From assembly GCF_009914755.1 (NCBI RefSeq), contig NC_060947.1: DNA of 64,000 nucleotides; one strand, 5' to 3'. Positions 49,173 through 64,000 of the stretch are shown in pieces (positions within the stretch are counted from its first letter, which is position 1; each line of letters starts with the position of its first letter). The notes under the pieces are model-generated. The model was not told the origin of the DNA. It did no database searches and worked only from the letters and a program-made list of their open reading frames with translations. A program made the translations under genes and the position numbers. The stretch is from the human T2T-CHM13v2.0 reference genome, Homo sapiens.

Positions 49173-51041
49173 GCTAACAGGGATCCTCAATCTCTTCTGT
49201 GAGGAGAAACACAATTTTATTTTTTATTTTCAAGGCCTGTGGGAATGGGAAAAAGAGAGATGGCGAAGGGTTCAGGCAAAGTGCCTCTCAGCCCTGTTTC
49301 CTGACACATTTCAGAGAGGCCAACTCAACTCAGGAGCCATCAGAAGAAACTTCACATGTTTTAACTTCTTGACTTGAGGAACCTCATTATAAATATACAT
49401 TATGGCACTTTGCTTACAGTGTATTAAAGCTTATTACAGGGTATGGACCTATTTGTCTCTGCAGTCACTTGCTTTAGACTACTGTGATTTTTTTTACCTA
49501 TGTCTATTTTTAGGTTTTCTGTCTCCTCAGATAAAGAAGATAGACAACGAAGGACTCAATAGCTTAGAGAAAATGGCTCAATGTTAGCAGAACAAGCATT
49601 GTCCAGGGACCTACAGTCCAAGCTAGATGATGGTAAAAGTAAAACTTACAAATGACTTTAAGTCTCCAAAATCAGGCAAATCAGCCCTGGGGACTGAAAG
49701 CATTTCTCGTCTCTTAGGTTTGAAGATTCATGGAGAATGGTAGATTTACCAGAAAATTTAGACATGAACAAACAAAGGTTTTGATTTGTGAGAAGGTTGA
49801 TTCAAGAAATCAACAAGCAAGCTGTAGATCACTGTCAAAACTCTGGAATATATTATTACATTAATTGTTTGTGAGTACTTAGCAAAGAAAGTGACAAAGG
49901 CCTTCTAAGCATGGACATAAGGCTACATAAACCTTAAATTCTTCCCTACATTAAAAAATCTTAAATAATGTGAAAAGACAGATGATAAACTAGGAATATA
50001 TCTTACAACATACATGACAGGAAAGGGTTAATATTCTTAATCTATAAAGTACTCTTACAAGTCCATATTGCCCAATAAATAAATAAGCAGTGGATATGAA
50101 CAGGCTGTTCATATAGAAAGAAATTCCAACAAACACATAAAAGATACCTTTCTTTGCTTAGGAGAAATGCAATCGCAAGTTCAAAGTGAACCTGTACAAG
50201 GATATTTTCCACAGTGGTGTTTGTGGAAGTGGGGAGCTGGAGGTAACTTAAGTTTGTAATTATTTCTTCTCCTTACCCCTCTTCAATTACCCAACCAGTA
50301 TCTTCTATGCTTAGTTAGTTTTCAATAGATAAATGAGTAAATGATCATAAACTTGGGCTATTGAGTTTTCTTGATCTGGTTCCTGCTGCTCTACTTTAGT
50401 TCAAATTGTTCTCTGCAAAGTTTTCTGTGTACACTCTGCTCCCTCTCACTTCTGTCTTTATTCATGCTGTTTCCTATCCCTGGGCGTTTCCTGTCTTTGC
50501 TTAGGCAGTCATACTCATCCGGTCTCATCTTCTCCAGTTAACCTTTCCTCCTCTGTGTTCATACATATAATTACAAATAATACATGCTACAATAGAAAAG
50601 CAAAGGGTTCTGAGTGAAAGTAAACATATTCATTGATTATTCAATGAATTCATTGATTGAAATTAAGCATGTTCATTTTGTGCCAAGTGTTACAGTAGGG
50701 AGTGGGCATACAAATATGAGCAAGACACACTTTCGTAATTGCTGATTATCTATTTCCCTCAACTATGTTAGCACAGAAGTTCCAAGAATGAAGGGGCTTT
50801 GTCTGTTTAGATTACATGGCATCCCCTTGTGTGAGTCTCCTCACACTGTTTTCCCAGGAACAAGCCCAGAGTCTGGCACATAGTAGATGATCACTGAATG
50901 TGTGCTGGTTGCAAGAAGGAATCAATCGTATCTATTTCATGTTAGAACATATGTTAGCATATATATGTGCACACACACAGATGTGGAAATAAAACATAAT
51001 ACACATGTATTTATGTATTTAAATCTCTGTCAGTTATGTTA

Positions 51042-51930
<889 letters not shown>

Positions 51931-52561
51931 ATCCCTCCCTTTCTAACTACCCCACCCACCCTCTGTTCATTAAAACTGTTCTCTGTCGTTCAAACTGCCA
52001 ATGTCATACCTTTTCATTGAAACTAGCAAAGCAATACAAAACTGCACAAAAAAGGGAAGGCACATAATTATATATTAGTCTACAAGTGTTTCCATGCTCA
52101 CATAAACACACAAATATTATATGTGTTTGTATTCCTATATGCATTTATTGCTGTTTGTTTTTACAAAAATTAAACTGGGGCCTTACTTTCAATTAATAAT
52201 CGCTTTTTGCAATTAATAAAGCATCATAAATATCTTTCCATTTCCACCTAATTTCCCTTTTGTCATAACTTATTTTAAAGTGTAGCCACAAGTATTTTAT
52301 TTCTGTGAGCTACAGTCTTAAAAAAGGGGCCATGAATTCAAAGAGTATAAGTATTTTAAATTTAACGGACATGGGCATTCTACTTTCCAAAACTATTTAA
52401 CAGTTTAAATTCTACCCAGCAATGTGTGAAAAGACCATCGCTCTGCATTATTTCAAGCATCATATGTATGTTTTATTCTTTCTTAATTCTTCTCAATAGA
52501 ATTTAGTTAAATAAAAATATGTCTCATTGCTTTATTTTTACATTTCTCTGACTACTGATGA

Positions 52562-52949
<388 letters not shown>

Positions 52950-53147
52950 TTCTATGTGTAATCTTTTATCGTTGCCTTACTCTTTAAAAAAAATCAGCTT
53001 CATTAACATGAAAATTCACATACTGTACAATTCACCCATTTAAAGTGAACAATTCTTAGCATAGGTTTTTAGTATACTCACAGATATATACAACTATCAC
53101 CACAGTTAATTTTATAACATTTTTATCACTTCAAAAAGTAACCCAGA

Positions 53148-53332
53148 GGGGTGGGGGTAGGGGGGAGGGATAGCATTAGGAGGGATTACATTTACCTAAT
53201 GTAAATGTAAATGACGAGTTAATGGGTGCAGCACACCAACATGGCACACGTATACATATGTAACAAACCTGCACGTTCTGCACAGGTACCCTAGAACTAA
53301 AAGTATAATAAAATATGTATATATATTTTTTA
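53148..53332 (+). mobile_element. Short L1PA 3' end
   Basis: GGGAGGGATAGCATTAGGAG...CAAACCTGCACGTT; flanked by AAAAAGTAACCCAGA / AAAAAGGAACCCAGA. Confidence 0.85.
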
Positions 53333-55169
53333 AAAAAAGGAACCCAGAACCTTTTAGCTATCATCTCTCTATCCCATGTTCCTCCAGCCTTTGGCAACCA
53401 TTAATGTACTTTCTGTCTCTATAAATTTCCCTATTCTGAACATTTCATATACATGAAATCATATAATATGTGCATTTTTGTGACTGGCTGCTTTCACTTA
53501 GCATAATGTTTTCAAGGTTCATTCACACTGTAGCAAGTATCAGTACTTCATTCCTTTTTGTGGCTGAATACTATTCCATCATATGGATAGACCATATCTT
53601 GTTTATCCATTCATTCATTGAGGGACATTTGGGTTGTTCCCACCTTTTGGCTATTCTAAATAATCCTACCATCGAATATTCATGTGCCAGGTTTTTTTTT
53701 TAATATCTGTTTTCAGTTTTTTGGGATTTATACCTAAGAACGGAATTCCTCAGTCCTGTGGCAACTCTATGTTTAACCCTTTGATGAAATGCCTGACTTT
53801 TTCACAGTGGCTGTACCATATTACATCCCACTGGCAGCCTATGGGGTTCCAATTTCTCCACATTCTCTCTAACATGGATGTGAAGTGGTACTTTATTCTA
53901 GTTTGATTTGCATTTCCCTAACGACTGATGACTTCAAGCATATTTTTACGTTCTTATTGGCCATTTGTGTATCTTCCTTGGAAAAATATTGACTTAGATC
54001 TTTTGCCCATTTTTAAACTGGATTACTAGTCTTTGTATTATTGAGTTATAAGAGTTCTTTATATATGCTAGACACAAGTCCTTTATCACATATATGATTT
54101 GCAAATATTTTCTCCAATTCAGTGTGTTCTTTTTTTTCACTTTCTTGAGGGTGTCCTTTGAAAAACAAAGTTAGATTTTTAAGAAGTATAATTTATCGAG
54201 TTTCTATTTTGTTGCTCATGCTTCTGGTGTCATGTCTAAGAATACTTTGCCCAATCCAAGGTCATGAAGGTTTACTCATTCTTTCTTCTAAGAGTTTTAT
54301 AGTTGTAGTTCATTCATTTAGGTCTATGATCCATTTTGTGTTCGTTTTTATGCATGGTGTGAGGAAGGGGTTCAAATTCATTCCTTTGCATGTGGATATC
54401 CAGCTATCCCAGCACTCTATTGAGGATACTATTCTTTCTCTATGGAATGATTTTGACACTCTGGAAAATCAATTGACCATGGATGTATGGATGTATTTTT
54501 GGACTTTCTATTTCTATGTTAATAAAGCTGATTTGTTTTAAAACAGTAAGGCAATGATAAAAGATTACACATAAAAAATACAAAGTATATAAAGAGACAA
54601 TTCCCAGAAGAGGAAATGAAATGGTCAATACACATTGGTCTATATGTCTGCCCTTATGCTGGTATGACACTCTCTTGACTGTTGTAGCTTTGTAGAAAGT
54701 TCTGAAATCAGAAAGTGTGAGTCCTCCTACTGTGGAGGATCCAATCTTTTCAAAGATTGTTTTGGTTATTTGGAGCCCTTTGCAATTTCATATGAATTTT
54801 AAGAACAGCTTATCAGTTTCTGCAAATAAGGCAGTTGGAATGCTAATAGGTATTGATTTGACTCTGTAGATCAATTTGGAGAGTGTTGCTGTCTTATTAA
54901 AATTAAGTCTTTCAATCCATGAGCACAAGATGGATATCATTCCATTTATTTAGGTTTTTAAAACTTGTTTTAACAATGTTTCATAGTGTTCAGTGTATAA
55001 GTTTTGTACTTCAAGTATTTTGTTATTTATGATGCTATTGTGAATGGAATTGTTTTCTTAATTTCATTTTTAGATTGCTCCTTGCAAGTTTATAAAATGG
55101 AATTAATTTTTGCATATTGATTTTATATCCTCCAACCTTGCTGAACTTGCTTATTAGTCCTAATAGTTT

Positions 55170-56280
<1,111 letters not shown>

Positions 56281-57590
56281 TGATTTTCTTTTAGTTAGCT
56301 CATCTTTTTCCAGTTTCTTAAGTTGGAAGGTTAAGTTATTGATTTGAGATTTTTTTTCTTAATACAGGCATTTATAGCTATACATTTCCCTCTGAGCATT
56401 GCTTTATCTGAACCCCATAAGTTTTGGTATCTTTCTTGTGTCTTCATTTTCATTTATCTGAAAGTATTTTCTGATTTTCCTTTTGATCTCTTCTTTGACC
56501 CATTTGTTATTTATTAGTATTTTGTTTAATTCTCACATATTTGTGAATTTCTTATATCTTTTTCCTACTATTGATTTCTAATTTCATTCCATGTGGTCAG
56601 AAAACATACTTTGTATTATTTCTATCCTTTTAAATTTCTTGAGGTTTGTTTTTTTGGCATAGTATATAGTCTATTCTGGATAACGCTCCACGTACACTTG
56701 AAAAGAATATATCCTCTGCTGTTTTTTATATATATATATATATATAATAAATATATATAACATATTATATATAATATATAACATATTATATATAAAATAT
56801 TATATATTATATATAATATATATATGTATAAACTGTTATGTCTAGTTGGCTTATAAAGACTTAGACATAAGTCTACTGTTTCCTTGTTGATCTTCAGTAC
56901 AGTTGTTCTACATATTATTGGAAGTGGAGAATGAAGCCTCCAACTATTCTTGTAGAATGATTTTTCACTTTAACTGTCAGTTATTGCTTCACATATTTTG
57001 GAGCTGTATTGTTAGATGCATATATGTTTGTAATTGTATCTTTCTGATAGATTGACCCTTTTATCACTATGAATTGTCCGTCTTTAGTAGCTGTTTTTGT
57101 TTTGAGGTCTATTTTTTCTGATATTAGTATAGTCACTTCAGCTTTCTTGTGATTGGTGTTTGCATGATATGTATTTTTCATCATTTTACTTTCAATCACT
57201 TTGTATCTTTGAATATGAAGTGTCTGCTGTAGACAGCATATAGTTGTACCATTCGAAACATCTAGCCATATAATCTTTGCTTTTCTTTAAACAGATTGTT
57301 TAATCTGTTCACATTTAATGTTATTTATTGATATAGTGGGATTTATGTCAGCCATTTATTTGTTTTTCTGTATGTCTTAATATTTTTGTTCCTCTAGTCT
57401 TCTCTTATTGCTTTCTTTTGCACTAAGTGAATATTTTTTGATGTACCATTTGAGTTTCTTAATTCTTGATTAAAATTTTTTCACTATATTTTGAAGTATT
57501 TTTTAGTGGTTCTTTAGAGCTTACCATATATATCTTGACTTATCAGAATCACCTTCAGATTTATACTAGCTTTATTCTAGTGACATATAG

Positions 57591-57915
<325 letters not shown>

Positions 57916-60900
57916 TAGTTCTATTGTCTTGTCTGTCTTTTTATAGTACTATTGTTATGCATATTATGTCTATTAATGTTACAAACCTATCAATGCATTG
58001 TTATAATTATTGCTTTATCATCTATATTTCCTTATCCAAATATAGCTTTGCTCTCAGCCACCTCTTTTGTGTTGCTTTTGGCAAATATACTGCATTCTAT
58101 GTTATAGACTGAAAAATACATTTTATACATATGTTATGGAATTGCTTTGTTAATCAATTAATAGAAAAAAAGGAAAAATATACGTTTATGCAGTCTTCTA
58201 TAATTACATAATTACTAGTGTTCTGGTTCTTTATTTGTTTCTGTGGATTTGAATTATCATCTGAGATCACTTGCTTTCAGTCTGAATAACTTCAGTATTT
58301 CTTGTAAGGTGGACATGCTAGCAACAAATTCTTCAGTTTTTGTTTGTTTATCTGGGAATGTTGTTATTTGCTTTCTTTTTTTGAATGATAGCTTTGTTGG
58401 ATATAAAATTCTTGGGTGACTTTTTTCTTTGATCACTCTGAATGTGTTACCTCATTGCTTTTGACCTCCATTGTTTCTGCTGACAAGTCATTTGTTAATC
58501 TTATTAGGGTTCCCTTGTAAGTGATAAATCATTTTTTCCCACTTTTCATTTTTTATTTTTAATTTTTATGGTACATAATAGTTGTATATATTTATGGGTT
58601 ACATGTGGTGTTTTGATACAGGTATCCAATGTGTAATGATTGAATCCGGGTAATTGGGGTATCCATCACCTGAAGCCCTTATCATTTCTTTGGGATAGGA
58701 ACTTAGAATTCTACTATTTTAGTTATTTTGAAGAACATAATAAATTAGTGTTAACTGTAGTCACCCTATTGTGCTGCTGAAGACTAGATGTTATTCATTC
58801 TATCTAACCATCCCCGCTTTATTCCCCTTCCACTACTCTTCCCACCCTCTGGAAAACATCATTACACTCTCTATCTCCATTAGTTCAATTTTGTTTTAGT
58901 GCTCACATACGAGTGAGAACATGTGATTTTTGTCTTTCTGTGCCTGGCTTATTTCACTTAATATAATATCCTCCAGTTCTATTCATGTTGTTGCAAATGA
59001 CAAGATTTCATTCTTTCTTATAACCAAATACTATTTCATTGTGTACCTGTCAGACATTTTAAAAATTCATTCATCTGTTGATGAACACTTAGGTTGCTTC
59101 TGTATCTTGGCTATTGTGAATAGTGTTGCAATAAACATGGGATTGCAGATATTTCCTCAATATATTGATTGCCTTTCTTTTGGATATATACCCAGCAGTG
59201 ACACTGCTGGATCATATGGTAGTTCTATTTTTTTTTTTTTTTTTTTAGGAACCACCATACTGTTCTCCATAGTGGTTGTGTTAATTTATATTCTTATCAA
59301 CAGTGTATGAGGGTTCCCCCTTTTTCACCATCTTCACCAGCATTTGTTATTGCCCATCCTTTGCATAAAAGCCATTTTAACTGGAGTTAGATGGTATCTC
59401 ATTGCAGTTTTGATTTGCATTTCTCTGACGATTAGTGATGTTGAGCATTTTTTCATATACCTTTTTGCCATTTATATGTCTTCTTTTGAGAAACGTTTAT
59501 TCAGATCTTTTACCCGTTTTTAAATTGGACTATTTGTTTTTTTCCTATTGAATTGTTTGAGCTCCTTATATATTCTGGTTATTGATCTCTTGTCAAATGA
59601 GTATTCTTAAATATTTTCTCCCATTCTATGGGTTGTCTTGTCACTTTGCTGATTGTTTCCTTTGCTGTGCAGAAGCTTGTTAGTTTGATGTGATCCCATT
59701 TGTCCATTTTTGCTTTGCTTGCCTGTGCTTTTGAGGTCTTACTCAAGAAATCTTTGCCCAGACCAATGCCCTGGTATGTTTCCCCAATGTCTTCTTGTAG
59801 TAGTTTCATAGTTTCAGGTCTTAGATTTAATTATTTAATCTATTTTGATTTGATTCTTGTATATGGGGTAGTTTCATTTTTCTGCAAATAGATATCCAGT
59901 TTTCCCAACACCATTTATTGAAGAGACTGTCCTTTTCCCAATGCATGTTCTTGGCACTTCTGTCAAAAATGAGTTGACTGTAAATGCATGGATTTATTTC
60001 TGGATTTTCTTTTCTGTTCTATTGGTCAATGTGTCTGTTTTTATGACAGTACCTTGTTATTTTGGTTACTATAGCTCTGCAGTATAATTTGAAGTCAGGT
60101 ACTGTGATTCCTCCAGTTTTGTTCTTTTTCTCAGGATGGCTTTTGCTATTCTTGGTCTTTTATGGTTTAATATACATTTTAGGATTATTTTTTCTATTTC
60201 TGTGAAGATGTTATTGGAATTTTGATAGGGATTGCATTGAAACTGTAGATTGCTTTGGGTAGTATGGATATCTTAACAACATTTATTCTTCCAAACCATG
60301 AATATGCAATATCCTTTCATTTTTTTGTTTCTTTCATCAATGTTTCATCAATGTTTTACAGTTTTCATAGTAGAGATTTTTCACTTCTTTGGTTAAGTAT
60401 ATATATATATACATATATATATCTCACCATGGAATACTACTCAGACATAAAAAATGAAATAATATGTTTTGCAGCAACTTGGATGAAACTGGAGGCCATT
60501 ATCCTAAGTGAAGTAACTCAGGAATGGAAAATCGAATACCACATGTTCTCACTTATAAGTAGGGGCTAAGTGATGGGTATGTAAAGGTTTGCAGAATGGT
60601 ATAACGGACATTGGAGTCTCAGAAGTGGGGGAGGGCTGGAGGGAGGTGAAGGATAAAAAATACCACCTGTTCGGTACAATGCACACTATTCAGGTGACAG
60701 ATACACTTAAAGCCCAGGCTTCACTACTATACAATTCACCCATGTAACCAAAAACCACTTGTACCCCTAAAGCTATTGAAATATAAATAAATTAATAAGC
60801 AATTAAACAGACAACCTACAAAATTGAAGAAAATATTTTCAAACTATCTCATAATGGTCTCATACTTGTAATCTATAAGGAACTTAAACGATTCAACAAG

Positions 60901-60970
60901 CTAAAACCAAATAACCCCATTAAAAAGTGGGCAAACGATATGAACAGACACTTCTCAAAAGAAGACATAC

Positions 60971-61376
<406 letters not shown>

Positions 61377-61786
61377 TCAAATAACAGATGCTGGCAAGGC
61401 TGTGGAAAAAAGGGAAGATTTATACATTGCTGATGGGAATGAAAATGAGTTAAGCCACAGTGGAAAGCAGCTTAAAGATTTATCAAAGAACTTAAACAAG
61501 CTACCATTTGACCCAGCAATCCCATTACTGGGTATCTACCCAAAGGAAAATTAATCATTTTAGCAAACAGATACTGCACTTGTATATTCATCATAGTACT
61601 ATCTACAATAGCAAAGACATGAAATCAACCTAAGTATCCATCAACAGAGGATTGGATAAATAAATTCCTCTGTAATGGGAGATTTGCCTCTTTTCCTCCA
61701 TTAATTAATTAATTATTAATTAAGTCATTTGTGTCCATATGGACTCCTCTATTTTATACTTTGTGTTATAATCTAATACTGCATTA

Positions 61787-62020
61787 CAGACAAACCTCAA
61801 CTTATGACCATTTGACTTACAAATTTTCAAGTTTATGGTGGGTTTATTGGGATGTAATTGCGTGGTAAGCTGAGGAGCATCTGGACTTATGGTTTGACTT
61901 ATGATTTTTTGACTTTATGATGGGTTTGTTGGGGTACTAAATGCCTTTTCAACTTACAATATTTCTAACTTATGATGGGTTTATTAAGTCATAGCCCCAT
62001 CAGAAGGTGAGGAGTATCTA
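61787..62020. mobile_element. MER47/Tigger5-like DNA transposon fossil
   Basis: TA|CAGACAAACCTCAACTTATG ... TGAGGAGCATCTG ... TGAGGAGTATCTA; internal GACTTATGATGGGTTT-type repeats. Confidence 0.65.
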
Positions 62021-63882
62021 TATTTTATTGAGGCAATTTTTCCAAATTTGGCAATCTTTCAGGATGACTCCTCTATTCCTTTGCCATGACTTCATCTTTT
62101 TTTTTTTTTTTTCCTCAATTCCTTACTTTCTGGTGCTATGAGATTCTCCAGGCCCATCTTGTATTTCCCCTGCCTTGGTCCTAGAATCAGTTATTTCTCC
62201 AAGTAGCTCTAGTTCCTTTTATTGGAGAATGATATTAGAATCCAAGGTCTTAGCATTGGGTGTGCTTGTTGCTACTAGGGTACTATTGCTTCTAGGCCCT
62301 CTCAGGACACAGGGCTAGGAACTATACATATGTATACTGACTCATGTATATACGCACATGTAATTATTTTTGTATCTATTCACCTCTATCAATATTAAGT
62401 TAAACTTGAGTACATACCGATGTCTCTGAATCGAATCCAGTACCACATAGTTCATCCTAGCCTTCTTGATTATTTGTACTTCCCACCTACAGTTCATTTA
62501 CTTATTTTTTCAATCTTAGTATACATGTATGGCTGTTTCAGAATTGTCTACACATATCCCCTTGAGAAACAACTTTGCCAATTAGAGTACAATATTTATG
62601 TATAGTTTCTTTATATTTTGTTTTATATTTTCCAGAAGAAACACTGTTTCGCAAAGTTACTTTGAGACTATATGGTCTTTTAAAGTTTGGTAGCATTTCC
62701 CTGTGAAACTATCTGGGGATTGATACTTTTTGGTAAGTAGTTCCTTATAATTTTCTCTATTTCTTCTTTTTAAAAAATGTTCTCTCTTTCTTCTATGAAG
62801 ATTGAGCTCTTCAATTTTCATATCTCTAATAAAGTTGTTTTTCGTAATCTTTACTTTGCTAGGAAATTATCTCTATCATCTAGATTTTGAAATTTGTTTG
62901 CACAGAGGTCTGCAAAGTAGTCTCTTATAATGTCTTAAATTTCTTCTAATAGTTATTTCCCCATTCTTTATTTTGCATACTTTTGCTTTCTCTGTTTTAT
63001 TTCAATTAATGTAGCTAATGGTTTGTCTGTATTATCAATCTTTTAAAAAATAAAGGTTTTGATTCGTTAACTAGGTCTATGCTATTTCTATTCTTTTGTT
63101 AATTCTTACTTTTTTTGTTAATCTCTTGTGTTCTTTTACTTAATTTGTTGTACTTATTCTAAGTTTCTTTCTGTTTTTTGCTGGTGCTCTACCAAGATCC
63201 ATTTGGACATTTTTTTTTAAGTTGTGTTAAAAACACATAGCTTAAAACTCATCACCTTAACTATTTTGAAGCAGAGAGTTGAGAAGTGTCAAGTATATTC
63301 ACATTGTTGTGCACATTTTAAAAATTTTTGTTAGTTCAATATTTAATCAATTTATTTTCAATCTTTTATTTTTACTAATAGCAGTGTTTAGTTATAAAAT
63401 TTCCTCTGATCACTGCTTTATATTTATCCCATGGATTCTGATATGAAGTGTTTACATCATCATTATTTGTTTTAGAGATCATGTAGTTTTGGTTTATATT
63501 TTTCTTTTAAACCAAGAGTTAATTGAAGGTTTTTAAAATTTATTTTTTAAATGTATAATGGGCACATAATTGTACATATATATGGGATACAATGTGGTGT
63601 TTCAATGCATGTACACACAGTATAATGATCAAATAGGCGTAATTACCATATCCACCACTATAAACATTTGTTATTTCTTTGTGGTGACATTTAAAAACCT
63701 GCTTTTCTAGCTATCTTGAAATACATGCTACATTATTATTTGCTATAGTCACCCTACTGTGGTGAATACCAAAATTTATTCTTCCTAGGTGTAACTTTAT
63801 ACCCATTGACCAACATCTTTCAGTGCCTCTGCCTTCTTTCTCTCCCTAGCCCCTGGTAACCACGATTCTACCCTCTACTTGT

Positions 63883-63955
63883 GTGAGATCAACTTTTTAA
63901 AATTCCACATATGAGTGAGATCAACTTTTTAAAATTCCACATATGAGTGAGATCA
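63883..63955. repeat. Perfect 32-bp tandem duplication inside an old L1
   Basis: (GTGAGATCAACTTTTTAAAATTCCACATATGA)x2 + GTGAGATCA. Confidence 0.95.
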
Positions 63956-64000
63956 TGTGGTGTTTGTCTTTCTGTGCCTGGCTTATTTCATTTAACATTT

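Overview
Primate, almost certainly human, genomic DNA from Xq28. It holds two convergent protein-coding genes. VBP1 (prefoldin subunit 3, + strand) has six coding exons at 2782-25145, totalling 594 nt or 197 aa. RAB39B (- strand) has two coding exons at 51596-48111, totalling 642 nt or 213 aa. Each gene starts in a CpG island. The last VBP1 intron is a minor-spliceosome (U12-type, GT-AG) intron, and a U2-like donor overlaps its 5' splice site 4 nt upstream. The VBP1 start codon sits in a perfect TISU/YY1 element, and a ~105-bp direct repeat with a CTCF-like core brackets the promoter and exon 1. The rest is mostly interspersed repeats: an antisense SVA in VBP1 intron 2, many Alus (one nested pair and one tail-to-tail pair sharing a target site), MaLR LTRs, DNA-transposon fossils, L2/MIR and a dense L1 mosaic at 52-64 kb. 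That mosaic includes a 5'-inverted L1 and an apparently circularly permuted L1. Gene identities come from recognising the translated proteins. Repeat family names come from remembered consensus sequences and need RepeatMasker confirmation. No prokaryote-type system (CRISPR, operon, tRNA, rRNA) was seen.
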